Shown piece after piece: positions 20,913 to 29,995 of a stretch of DNA of 64,000 nt. The notes beneath the pieces were generated by a model. The model searched no databases. It worked only from the letters and a program-made list of their open reading frames with translations, and was not told the DNA's origin. This stretch comes from an uncultured Verrucomicrobiae bacterium. GTDB lineage: Bacteria; Verrucomicrobiota; Verrucomicrobiia; Palsa-1439. Made by a program: the position numbers and the translations under genes. Location of the stretch: NCBI GenBank assembly GCA_963836315.1, contig CAWIJG010000002.1, positions 1,042,461 to 1,106,460 on the forward strand. Direction: 5' to 3'. How positions within the stretch are numbered: the stretch's first letter is position 1; each line of letters begins with the position of its first letter.

Positions 20913-22049
20913 ATGGGAGGAAATCGTAGAAGTCCGAGACCGGTCTCGGCGACCGCCGCTTTCTTTGTGGCGCTATGTCTGTCCGTCTCCACCCTGAACA
21001 CCTTCGGGGCTGCGGGAACCAATTCTGCACCCGCTGAAGGTGACGCGGCCCTAGCCAGGCACGTCGTTCAATCGTACGAGCAACTTCAGGAACAACAGCA
21101 ATCCATGTTGCGGGAGATCGAGCAAGCCCGCCAGGACGCCGCCGCCAACGCCCGTGCCCTGGAGCAGGCCCGACAGGACGCTGAGGCCGCCACGAAGCGC
21201 AACAATGAAGAGATGGAAGCGCGCCTGAATCGCATCGAGCAGTCCGTCTCGGCGCAGCGCGAACACGAAATCGAGGTGATGCAGAACGCGCATCGGTTTA
21301 CCCTGATTATGGTAGGTGTTTTTGCCGGCACCGGGTTCTTCGGGATGCTGTTCTTCGCGGTGTTCCTGCTGCGCGTCATGAATCGCCGCACGGAAACCAT
21401 GATCGCCCAGTTTACCGGCCAGATGCTTGGCCCCGGCTTCGCGACCCCCGCTCTCGGCGACGGCGGGACACAAGTGGTCCCCGTCAGTCGCGTGGAGCAC
21501 TCCACCACGCGTTTCCTCAATACCATCGAGCGACTGGAAAAGCGCATCAACGAACTCGAAGGCACCGTGGAACCGGCATCGACCGTCGGGGAGCCCGCGT
21601 TGAAGAAACCGGTGGAACCATCGCCTGACAGCGACGGACCGCTGACCGAAATGCCGGAATCGAAGGAGTCGGCTGAGTTGGAGACCGCCGTGACGCACGC
21701 CCGGAATGAGCGAGTAGAGCGCGACGCCCGCATCGCCCTGCTGTTGGGGAAAGGCCAGGCGTTACTCAACTTGCAACAGGCGGACACGGCGCTGACGTGT
21801 TTCGACGAAGTGATAGCCCTCGACTCAACGAACGCCGAAGCGTTCGTCAAAAAAGGCATGGCGCTCGAGCGGCTTGGGAAACTCGATGAAGCCATCGATT
21901 GCTATGACCGCGCGATCGCGCTGGACGAGTCAATGACGATGGCCTATCTCAGCAAGGGTGGGGTCTTCAATCGGCTGGAACGGTACGGCGAAGCGCTGCA
22001 GTGCTACGAGCAGGCGTTACGCGCGCAGCAGAAACCCGGAGTCGCGTAG
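20913..22049 (+). CDS. coiled-coil/TM protein with C-terminal TPR repeats
   Basis: Signal-like N-terminus, coiled coil, TM helix, three TPRs (e.g. AFVKKGMALERLGKLDEAIDCYDRAI). Confidence 0.75.
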   Translation: MGGNRRSPRPVSATAAFFVALCLSVSTLNTFGAAGTNSAPAEGDAALARHVVQSYEQLQEQQQSMLREIEQARQDAAANARALEQARQDAEAATKRNNEEMEARLNRIEQSVSAQREHEIEVMQNAHRFTLIMVGVFAGTGFFGMLFFAVFLLRVMNRRTETMIAQFTGQMLGPGFATPALGDGGTQVVPVSRVEHSTTRFLNTIERLEKRINELEGTVEPASTVGEPALKKPVEPSPDSDGPLTEMPESKESAELETAVTHARNERVERDARIALLLGKGQALLNLQQADTALTCFDEVIALDSTNAEAFVKKGMALERLGKLDEAIDCYDRAIALDESMTMAYLSKGGVFNRLERYGEALQCYEQALRAQQKPGVA

Positions 22050-22592
22050 GTTCACGCGGCCGGGGCGCGGGCCGGTCTCGGCTTCCAGCGCCTTCTTTGC
22101 CAGCTGGAAATTCGCCCGTATGAGCTCGTGTTTCTCTCCTTCTTTCACGGCCAACTGGCGTTCCAACTCCGTGATGCGCGCCTCGTAGGTGGCGATCTTC
22201 CTTTGCACGCCCTCCTGCGCCTTCGCGATCCGCTCCTCCAGCTCGGCCATGCGCTGGGTGGCTTCAGCTTGCGTGTCGATCAAGTTCTCGCGCTGCGCAA
22301 ACAGCGCCTGCACGAGCCGGTTCATCATCAGGCGCGCCAATTGTGGGATCAAGGCCGCCCGGACACTATTCGGGGCAATCTCGACGTGCCCCTTCTCCGG
22401 ACGAATCAGCTCCAGACCGCTGGCGACGGGCGCGCTGGGGTGTCGGGTCGGCTTCGCTGAAAAGAATTCCGTGATGGAATACGGAGGCACGACGATGCGC
22501 TCCGCGCAGTTCGGGCAGGAGACAACAGCGCCAATACCATCCTCATTCACAGCCAGCTTCTGGCCACAATTCAGGCAACGAAACTTGATCAC
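22017..22592 (-). CDS. N-terminal Zn-ribbon + coiled-coil protein
   Basis: MIKFRCLNCGQKL...CPNC; GGAGG RBS. Confidence 0.7.
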   Translation of the reverse strand: MIKFRCLNCGQKLAVNEDGIGAVVSCPNCAERIVVPPYSITEFFSAKPTRHPSAPVASGLELIRPEKGHVEIAPNSVRAALIPQLARLMMNRLVQALFAQRENLIDTQAEATQRMAELEERIAKAQEGVQRKIATYEARITELERQLAVKEGEKHELIRANFQLAKKALEAETGPRPGRVNLRDSGFLLRA

Positions 22593-22751
22593 GGTCCCTC
22601 CTTGGTGAAACCGTATGCGCTACAATGGCTTGGCCCAGCGCCTGAGTCAATCCAAATTCCGCATTCCGGGAAAAACTTTTTCGCGTCTGGCCCGCCGATG
22701 GGTCGGCCCGTTCTTGCAACGCCGCCGGGATGTGATACCAATGGGGACATC

Positions 22752-23036
22752 ATGGGCTTGGCTATCGATGATTTCCAACACGAGGTTGCGGGCGCGGTGA
22801 AGAACTACGATAAATTCATCGTGTGCGTCGAGAAAACGCCTGATGAATTCCTCAAGAGTTTGCAGTCGCTGATGGGCAAGGCGATCGCGGCGTTTGAGAA
22901 TCGTGCGCCGGGGTTGCGCCACGGCATTGCGCTGGATCGTCAGGTGACCATCATGCTCAGCGAGAATGCCGATGCCCGCCCATTGTGCGGCATTTACTTC
23001 AACCTGCACTCCCCCTTCCGCAAGAAATCCAGCTAG
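22752..23036 (+). CDS. hypothetical protein
   Basis: Fills the gap between opposite-strand genes, protein-like composition, GGGGAC upstream of ATG. Confidence 0.6.
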   Translation: MGLAIDDFQHEVAGAVKNYDKFIVCVEKTPDEFLKSLQSLMGKAIAAFENRAPGLRHGIALDRQVTIMLSENADARPLCGIYFNLHSPFRKKSS

Positions 23037-23046
23037 GGCCGCTGTC

Positions 23047-23961
23047 TCATCCAGACGTCACAAAACCTCGCCGGATCAGGTCCAGCAGGCAGGTGTACGC
23101 GTCGAAATCCGTCCCTGGAAAACTGTCGATGACCGTTTCCAGGACGTCGTGATCCAACACGAGTTGGAACAATTGGATCTCCTCGGTGGCCAGATCGCGC
23201 AGGTTGCCCGGAAGCGGTTCCGCCGCGTGTAACCGTGCACCGCGCCGCGGTAACTTTGGTTCCAGAATTCGAATCTCGTCCAATTGCCGCACCCCCTCCA
23301 AAACCAGCGACGTCGTCGATTCGGTGATTTCCTCCGCAACGACATGTTCGCGAAGCGGCTTCAGGTCGAACGCGCCCTCCGTCCATGCAAACATCCGGTA
23401 GAATGCCTTCCGTGGCTTCACGACGGGGTTGGCTTCGACTTCGGCGTGGTACACCTGGCCCTCGCGGAGGTATATCCTGCCAATGCCATGGGTGGAACGA
23501 ATGGTCAAGACGCCGCTCTTGCGCGAATTGTCAAAAAGCTGCAACAGGTCCGGCAACGGCATCTCGCTGATGGAACCGGAGATGAGTGACGAAACGGCAG
23601 GAGTCGGGCTGCTGACGGCTTGTGCGCTCGGCACGGCGGGATGCGGCACCCGCGGTTTTGCGTCGCCAAGGGACACCAGCCTGATTGTCGCTGCGCCAAT
23701 GGCAATCTGATCGCCCTCCTTCAACTCGATGCTACGAATGCGGGCTCCGTTGACGAACGTGCCATTCCTCGATGCGAGGTCTTCAATCAGCACCTGGCCC
23801 TGATGCGTGGAGATCTTCGCGTGCTTGCGCGAAACTTTTTCGTCAAGCAACAACAGATCCACATCGCTGACACGCCCGATCACAATGGTCAAATCCGGCG
23901 GCAGCGGGAATTCCCGGCCCTGATCCTTGCCCGCAACGAAACGGAGGACGTATTGCAGCAT
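23047..23961 (-). CDS. FHA + DUF4388 domain protein
   Basis: IGR...VSRKHA...DLASRNGTFVNG; GSISEMPLPDLLQL...KSGVL. Confidence 0.88.
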   Translation of the reverse strand: MLQYVLRFVAGKDQGREFPLPPDLTIVIGRVSDVDLLLLDEKVSRKHAKISTHQGQVLIEDLASRNGTFVNGARIRSIELKEGDQIAIGAATIRLVSLGDAKPRVPHPAVPSAQAVSSPTPAVSSLISGSISEMPLPDLLQLFDNSRKSGVLTIRSTHGIGRIYLREGQVYHAEVEANPVVKPRKAFYRMFAWTEGAFDLKPLREHVVAEEITESTTSLVLEGVRQLDEIRILEPKLPRRGARLHAAEPLPGNLRDLATEEIQLFQLVLDHDVLETVIDSFPGTDFDAYTCLLDLIRRGFVTSG

Positions 23962-24027
23962 TCGTTCCTGTAGTATTCTGTCCTGCGGTTGTCCGCTGTG
24001 AAACTTTACCGATGCCCGCCAAGCGGG

Positions 24028-25275
24028 TCAAGCTACTGTGCCCTGTCGCCGGCGCGCCAGAAACATCATGACGGTGAGGAACGCTGCCGCAATCGACACT
24101 TCCCCCAACCACAGCAGCACCGTCGGCGCCGGGGTTTGACGCAACACCACGGTCCAGATTTGCAGACCAAACGCCACACACATCGTCGCCGAAGTCACGG
24201 CCCCGCGTGCAGCAAACACCGCCCCGCGCCGTGCGTCCTCAACCTGGATCTGCAGCTTCGCATCGATGTAGATCAACACGGTCGCCGCCACGGCGCCGAG
24301 CACAACCACCACTGGCGCGGCAAGCCAGGCGTTGGTGATCAAGCTCAGGCATATCAAGGCGCCCGCCGCCAGGAGTAACTGCACGAACGGAAGCCAATCG
24401 GAGTGCGTCCAGGGTCTGCCGTGGCCCAGTAGACCTATCCCGGCGCCCGCGCCAATTCCTCCAGCCGCGACCAGATAACCGACGCCAGCCGTTTGCAGCC
24501 CGAGCGTTTTCATCGCGTAACCGACGAAGACCACCACCAAAATGCCAAGCAGGAAGGCAAACACCCCGGACAAGATTACCAGCGGCATTGCGGATGGGTG
24601 GTCCCGCAAATAGATCATACCGATCCTGAATTCGCCCCAGCCGCTTTTCTTGATTCCGGTCACGGTCGTTGCGCTCGCATGCGGATCCACACGAATGCGC
24701 CATAAGAACAGCATGCTCACCAGGTACATCACCCCGTTCGCGGACACGGCCCAAGTGACCCCAATCCGCTCGGCCACGAACCCGCCAACGGCGCTGCCGC
24801 CGATCGTCGCGACCGCCAGACTGGCGGCAAAGAGCGCGTTGGCCTTCATCAAGTACGCGGGCTCAACCAAGTTGGGCAGCAACGCCGAACGTGCCGGCAG
24901 ATAGAACGTCGCGATGGCGCCAATCACACCCACAGCGATATAAACTGCCAGCAGACTGCGTTGCTCGATGCGCCCCGCGATCAACGGCAGCAGCCACACC
25001 ACGACACCGGCCACGAGCACCGCCCGGATACCGTCACTGATGATTAGTACGCCGCGCCGCTGCCAACGGTCGAGCCATGCGATGGCAAACGGCCCCAACA
25101 CCAATCCCGGCAATGCCAGCGCGAAGGAGAACTTGGCGGTCTCCACCCGCACATCGTACCCGTGCGTGCGGAAGACTTCGAGCAACCCCATTTGCATCGA
25201 CGCGCCGCCCAATGCCAGCAGGATTTGCGAGATCCACAACCTTCGAAACCCGGCGTTCTTGAACAAGGGAACCAC
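24028..25275 (-). CDS. MFS transporter
   Basis: ~12 TM helices, LDRWQRRGVLIISD, RGAVFA. Confidence 0.85.
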   Translation of the reverse strand: MVPLFKNAGFRRLWISQILLALGGASMQMGLLEVFRTHGYDVRVETAKFSFALALPGLVLGPFAIAWLDRWQRRGVLIISDGIRAVLVAGVVVWLLPLIAGRIEQRSLLAVYIAVGVIGAIATFYLPARSALLPNLVEPAYLMKANALFAASLAVATIGGSAVGGFVAERIGVTWAVSANGVMYLVSMLFLWRIRVDPHASATTVTGIKKSGWGEFRIGMIYLRDHPSAMPLVILSGVFAFLLGILVVVFVGYAMKTLGLQTAGVGYLVAAGGIGAGAGIGLLGHGRPWTHSDWLPFVQLLLAAGALICLSLITNAWLAAPVVVVLGAVAATVLIYIDAKLQIQVEDARRGAVFAARGAVTSATMCVAFGLQIWTVVLRQTPAPTVLLWLGEVSIAAAFLTVMMFLARRRQGTVA

Positions 25276-26001
25276 CTAGACGTGCTCCTGGATGAACGTC
25301 GCCATGTCCTCGGGCAACGTCGCCTGAAATCCGACGGTCTGCCGCGTGCGCGGGTGAAGAAAGGAGGTGTGTTCCGCATGCAACGCGTGGCGCGGCAACA
25401 GCAGTTTGTCCAGCATTTCGCCAGTCACGCCCTTCTGAATGAACTGCAAATATAACGTCTCGTCCGGCCCATAAATCTTATCGCCCACAATCGGATGACC
25501 GAGCCACGCCATGTGCACGCGCAACTGGTGCGCCCGACCCGTGCGCGGCGTGAGCCCGACCTGGGTGAAGCCGCGAAGCCGTTTCTCGACCGCGAACTCC
25601 GTCACGCTCGGCTTGCCGGCCGCGCAGTCCACCACCCGCTTTGTATACACGACCGACGTCCGGCTCACCCCAATCGGTTGATCGACCACCCCGCGCTCCT
25701 GCTCAAACTCACCCCAACAGATTGCCATGTACTGTTTTTCGATTTCCCGACGCAACACGGCTTTGCCCAGTGTCTTCGCCGCGCGCTCGTTCTTCGCGAC
25801 CACAACCAGTCCGCTGGTCTCACGGTCCAGGCGGTTGATCATTCGCGGGGTTGATACCCCATGTTCCCGCAGCCACTCCGCCAACGACCCATACTCGGCC
25901 CGTTGTGCCGAATGACAGACCATCCCGCCCGGTTTGTCCACCACCAGCACGTCCTCATCTTCGAAGACGACCTGCGGCCCGGCATGAGTGACCAGATGCA
26001 T
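25276..26001 (-). CDS. RluA-family pseudouridine synthase
   Basis: VDKPGG, NRLDRETSG, TGRAHQLRVH, GHPIVGDKIYG. Confidence 0.92.
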   Translation of the reverse strand: MHLVTHAGPQVVFEDEDVLVVDKPGGMVCHSAQRAEYGSLAEWLREHGVSTPRMINRLDRETSGLVVVAKNERAAKTLGKAVLRREIEKQYMAICWGEFEQERGVVDQPIGVSRTSVVYTKRVVDCAAGKPSVTEFAVEKRLRGFTQVGLTPRTGRAHQLRVHMAWLGHPIVGDKIYGPDETLYLQFIQKGVTGEMLDKLLLPRHALHAEHTSFLHPRTRQTVGFQATLPEDMATFIQEHV

Positions 26002-26049
26002 GGCGCATGTTATCTTCTGCACAGAGGCGCTGGCAACGAAAAGCGCCAT

Positions 26050-26170
26050 CACCGCCAGCGAGCAAGCCGAAGACTTCACCGCCGTTTAACGAAAGCGTGA
26101 GCGCATGGACCGCCGTAAATGTGCCGAATCGCCGGGTAAGGGCTTTGATTTCCAAAACGATGCCGCTCAT
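26050..26170 (-). pseudogene. 5' remnant of an ABC transporter ATP-binding gene
   Basis: MSGIVLEIKALTRRFGTFTAVHALTLSLNGGEVFGLL; similarity ends just before Walker A. Confidence 0.6.
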
Positions 26171-26327
26171 GACTTACTTCGAAAAGTGTCTCTTCTAAAC
26201 GTGCCAAACAATGGGATGAACACCCCATATAATTGGCCCCCGCGAGATTCCGGCTCCGCATTCGCGGTTGACATCATCGGCCCGGCGTGGCAGTTCTCGC
26301 CGTTGGGTTTGCCAAGAGCGCATCTAC

Positions 26328-27101
26328 ATGGATTCACAATTGACGAATAAGGTGGCCATCGTCACCGGCGCAAGTCGTGGAATTGGGCGGGCCATTGCCC
26401 AGGAATTGGGAAAAGAGCGCATGCGCCTTGTATTGGTCGCTCGCACTGGAGACTTGCTCCATGAAGCAGCTGCATCCATTGGCGGCGAGTGCCTCGTTCA
26501 TGTTGCGGACCTACGCAAACCCGAGGCGGCTTCGGGGGTTATTACGGCGGCCATTCAACGGTTCGGGCGCATAGATGTTTTGGTCAACAATGCCGGGGCA
26601 ACCAAGCGCGGTGATTTTCTGGAGTTGAGTGATGAGGATTGGGGTGACGGTTTTGCTCTGAAGTTTTTTGGGGCCATGCGCCTTTGCCGGACGGCGTGGC
26701 CTCATTTAGTGGCAAATCAAGGCTCGATCATCAACATCATTGGCGTTGGCGGGCGCACTGCCAGCGCCGACTTCACCATTGGGGGCTCGGTGAATTCGGC
26801 ACTTCTCAATTTCACCAAAGCACTTGCCCATCGTGGCCTCACCGACGGGGTTCGCGTGAATGCCATCAATCCGGGTGCGATTGCCACAGACCGGTTGCAA
26901 CGGCGTATTCAAGCTGTAGCCGCCGAGCAAGGGCTGGACTACGAGGCCGCAGCCAAAGCAATGGCTCAAAAACTGGGAATTGCAAGATTTGGCACACCGG
27001 CGGAAATTGCCCAAGCTGTTGCATTCCTCGCTTCATCTGCGGCGAGCTATTGTCAGGGCACCATCATGGATGTGGATGGCGGCGAAACTCGCACCCTATG
27101 A
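26328..27101 (+). CDS. SDR-family oxidoreductase
   Basis: TGASRGIG, NNAG, VRVNAINPG, VDGG. Confidence 0.9.
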   Translation: MDSQLTNKVAIVTGASRGIGRAIAQELGKERMRLVLVARTGDLLHEAAASIGGECLVHVADLRKPEAASGVITAAIQRFGRIDVLVNNAGATKRGDFLELSDEDWGDGFALKFFGAMRLCRTAWPHLVANQGSIINIIGVGGRTASADFTIGGSVNSALLNFTKALAHRGLTDGVRVNAINPGAIATDRLQRRIQAVAAEQGLDYEAAAKAMAQKLGIARFGTPAEIAQAVAFLASSAASYCQGTIMDVDGGETRTL

Positions 27102-27387
27102 ATCGCCACGCGTTTCGTCCAGCTTTAGGCGACTCTACGCGAGACGACTACGATAGAGGCCGCAGGGTTAAACGCATCAGTCCTGCACTATTGCATATTC
27201 CCGGCCATGTCCCCCCCGTCTGCCACAGCTTTAGCGAAGGTGTGAAAAAGCGATCCGTTCGTTCTTTTAATCACAGATGAGTTGCGCGCGCGGGTGCGGC
27301 AACGTTTTGCCGCTCGTTAATGGCTGTGGATGCGTAACAACGGGGGATACGACAGAGAGTGGTCGAGAATGTTGGGTTGAAGAAAAG

Positions 27388-27413
27388 CTTCCAAACCTTC
27401 CAAACCTTCCAAA
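27388..27413. repeat. 3 x 9-bp tandem repeat CTTCCAAAC
   Basis: Direct reading. Confidence 0.7.
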
Positions 27414-27526
27414 GTGCACTAACGGGTTTTGACCGAATGTGCCAGAATTCGAGCATGAGAGAAGAATCTCATGTGACAGTGGGGAGATGGCGCCAAGGGC
27501 AGGCTGCGATCGAAGTCTTTATAGAG

Positions 27527-27625
27527 AAGAGTGTTTCTACCAAACGAACCCAACTAAAAAATGCGGAACCATCGCGACATGAATGGGTTGTGGGAAAAAT
27601 AGAGTTGGGTTCGTTTTGCAAAAAG
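27527..27625. repeat. MITE-like element copy 2
   Basis: IR AAACGAACCCAACT 27542-27555 / AGTTGGGTTCGTTT 27603-27616; extra AAACGAACC half-sites near 27685-27705. Confidence 0.75.
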
Positions 27626-27748
27626 AGCCTAAAAATGGGGGGAAAAGCACCCAAATACCGCTCCGGAAGGGTGGTTTTACGCACAAACGAACCCAAAACG
27701 AACCTATGGATAATGAATAGGTGTGATCCTAATCCCGAATGCTATGAA

Positions 27749-28852
27749 TTAAAGGCGTCCGCTGTTTATCCGCAGCACAGGTTTGATAGTGCTTCCGCCC
27801 TTGGCGTCGGCAATAGCTTGGTTGATCTGGCGAAATGGATAGTACTTCACCAACCGGTCAAAAGGAAACGCCCCCCGCTGATACAATCCGATCAACATCG
27901 GGATGAATTTCTGGGGCACCGCATCGCCCTGGATGACGCTGAGCACTTTGCGGCCGCCCGGCAGGTGGCCCGCTCCGCTCCCCCCAGTCAGCAGCGCCAC
28001 CTTCCCGCGTGGATTGAGCAGGCTGATGGCCAAATGGTGCATTTGCGCATCACCGGTGCTCTCAACCACAGAATCAACACCTCCGCCCGTTATGGCCGAA
28101 ATGCTCCGTGTCAGATCCGCGAGATGGTTGTTGATGGCGTGAGTGGCGCCCAACTGCGTGGCCAGTTTGAGCCGGCGAGGCTTGATGTCCACGGCGATGA
28201 TGATTCGGGCGCCGACGATCCGCGCAGCCATTACCGCCGCCAGTCCAACGGCTCCCGCGCCAAACACTGCGATGCTCGACCCGCGCTTTGTCGCCAGGGA
28301 ATTCATGACCGTTCCCGCGCCTGTTTGGATGCCACATCCGAGGGGCGCCAGCAGCCCCAAGGGAAGCGTTTGGGGAACCTTTACCAGGTTGCGCGTAGTT
28401 GCCACCGCGTGGGTGGCGAAGGAGGATTGGCCAAAGAAGTGCCCGCGCACGCCACTGCCTTGGAGCGCATTGCTTCCGTCCAAGCGCGCAAAGCCGAAGT
28501 TCGCTTCATAAAACCGTTCGCAATCCGCCGGGCAGCCTCTTCTGCAGGGGCGGCATTGGCCGCAGGACTGATAGGAGAGCACGACATGATCTCCTGTCTT
28601 CACGCCTCTTACAAATTTGCCGACTCGCGTTACCACCCCGGCACCTTCATGGCCCAGCACCACCGGCCCGGAGGCGCCCGACTCGCAGAAATCAATGTCA
28701 GTATGGCAGATGCCGCTGGCTGCCAAGCGCACCAAGACTTCGTCCTCGCGTGGGCCTTCCAGTTCCAAGCTTTCGATTTTGAGAGGGAAGCCCGCCTCGC
28801 GCAGCACGGCGGCGTGGATCCGGACCGACTGTCTCCCGTCTGCTCTCTTCAT
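27749..28852 (-). CDS. Zn-dependent (aryl-)alcohol dehydrogenase
   Basis: GICHTD, LGHEGAG, CGQCRPC structural Zn site, PLGCGIQTGAG, GAGAVG. Confidence 0.92.
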   Translation of the reverse strand: MKRADGRQSVRIHAAVLREAGFPLKIESLELEGPREDEVLVRLAASGICHTDIDFCESGASGPVVLGHEGAGVVTRVGKFVRGVKTGDHVVLSYQSCGQCRPCRRGCPADCERFYEANFGFARLDGSNALQGSGVRGHFFGQSSFATHAVATTRNLVKVPQTLPLGLLAPLGCGIQTGAGTVMNSLATKRGSSIAVFGAGAVGLAAVMAARIVGARIIIAVDIKPRRLKLATQLGATHAINNHLADLTRSISAITGGGVDSVVESTGDAQMHHLAISLLNPRGKVALLTGGSGAGHLPGGRKVLSVIQGDAVPQKFIPMLIGLYQRGAFPFDRLVKYYPFRQINQAIADAKGGSTIKPVLRINSGRL

Positions 28853-28861
28853 CCGGCCTTG

Positions 28862-29995
28862 CTACAACACCCCGGCTCGTTCCAGAATCGACTGCATCAC
28901 TTTGGGCGCGGCCAGTCGTTCCTCGGCGAGCTTCCGGGCGGCGGCGCTGTGCCCGGCATAATCCGCGTTGATCGACTCGATCCCGCGCGCGGCATCCTCC
29001 AGCGTGGCAAAGGTGACCAACCCCTTGCCCGTCGGCAGATGTTTGCTGAGTCCAGTTTCCTGCACGAGCGCGGGTCGCCCGGAGGCGAGATAACACACCG
29101 TGCGGTCGCTGAGCCATCCGCTCCGCGTCTTCACGTAGCCATGCTTGGCGACGCTAAACTCGGCCCGCGACCGTTGAATGTAGGAACGGAATCCGTCGCG
29201 TCCGCCCGCAACCTCGTGCGGGTTTACCAGCCGCCAGTTGTTCTGGCGCAAGGTCGCGATGTCGGCGGTTTCGAATTCGTGGATGAGCAGTGCCAGCTCA
29301 ATGGGCTGGGTTGTCTTCCGCGGCAACTCAGCGAACCTCAAAAACTCGTCACTTTTTGGTCCGTACATCTCCTCGTTCCACACCGCGTACTGACCGCGCC
29401 ACTGGCCAATCGTGGAGAAACTCGCCGCGCCCGCATCCGTCTGCGCGGGCCAGTACTCCAACGCCACCGGCGGCGTGAACGTCTGCCAGTTGATCCCGCG
29501 CAAGGGAATAGTGAAATCCGGCTGGCCGATATTCAGGCCCACGGTGAAGAACAGGTTGTGCCTTGCAAAATCCATGTCCCATTCGTGCGCCCAGATTTGC
29601 GCGAAGCCGGGGTCGAGGTCAAAATACGCGCGGCGTTTGGCGCGGCCCAACAACTCGTCATCCTTGAGTGCGCCGCAAAGATTGACCAGCAGCGCGCAGT
29701 CGCCGCAAAGCGAACGCAGGTGCCGTTCCTTCATGCCAAGGATTTCGCGGTTGTCGTAAATCACCGCCCAGTGATCGCCCAACCCAAACTGTTCACACTG
29801 CGTCTGGAAATCCTCCACCATCACTTCCGCCGAGCGTTTCGCGGTTTTCTTCGGCGGACCCAGAACGTCCAGCCAGAACACCTCGAAACCCAGCGCCTGC
29901 AGGCCCGCGAGGTAATGCAGATTGAGCCACTGCATCCCGCCGCCTTCGACGTAACCCGATCCCCAGGTGCTGGTGACGATGATCTTGTCCATCAA
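28862..29995 (-). CDS. putative GT-B glycosyltransferase-like protein
   Basis: SRAEFSVAKHGY...SDRTVCYLASGRPALVQETG C-terminal nucleotide-sugar-binding-like region; coupled to ABC exporter. Confidence 0.65.
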   Translation of the reverse strand: MMDKIIVTSTWGSGYVEGGGMQWLNLHYLAGLQALGFEVFWLDVLGPPKKTAKRSAEVMVEDFQTQCEQFGLGDHWAVIYDNREILGMKERHLRSLCGDCALLVNLCGALKDDELLGRAKRRAYFDLDPGFAQIWAHEWDMDFARHNLFFTVGLNIGQPDFTIPLRGINWQTFTPPVALEYWPAQTDAGAASFSTIGQWRGQYAVWNEEMYGPKSDEFLRFAELPRKTTQPIELALLIHEFETADIATLRQNNWRLVNPHEVAGGRDGFRSYIQRSRAEFSVAKHGYVKTRSGWLSDRTVCYLASGRPALVQETGLSKHLPTGKGLVTFATLEDAARGIESINADYAGHSAAARKLAEERLAAPKVMQSILERAGVL

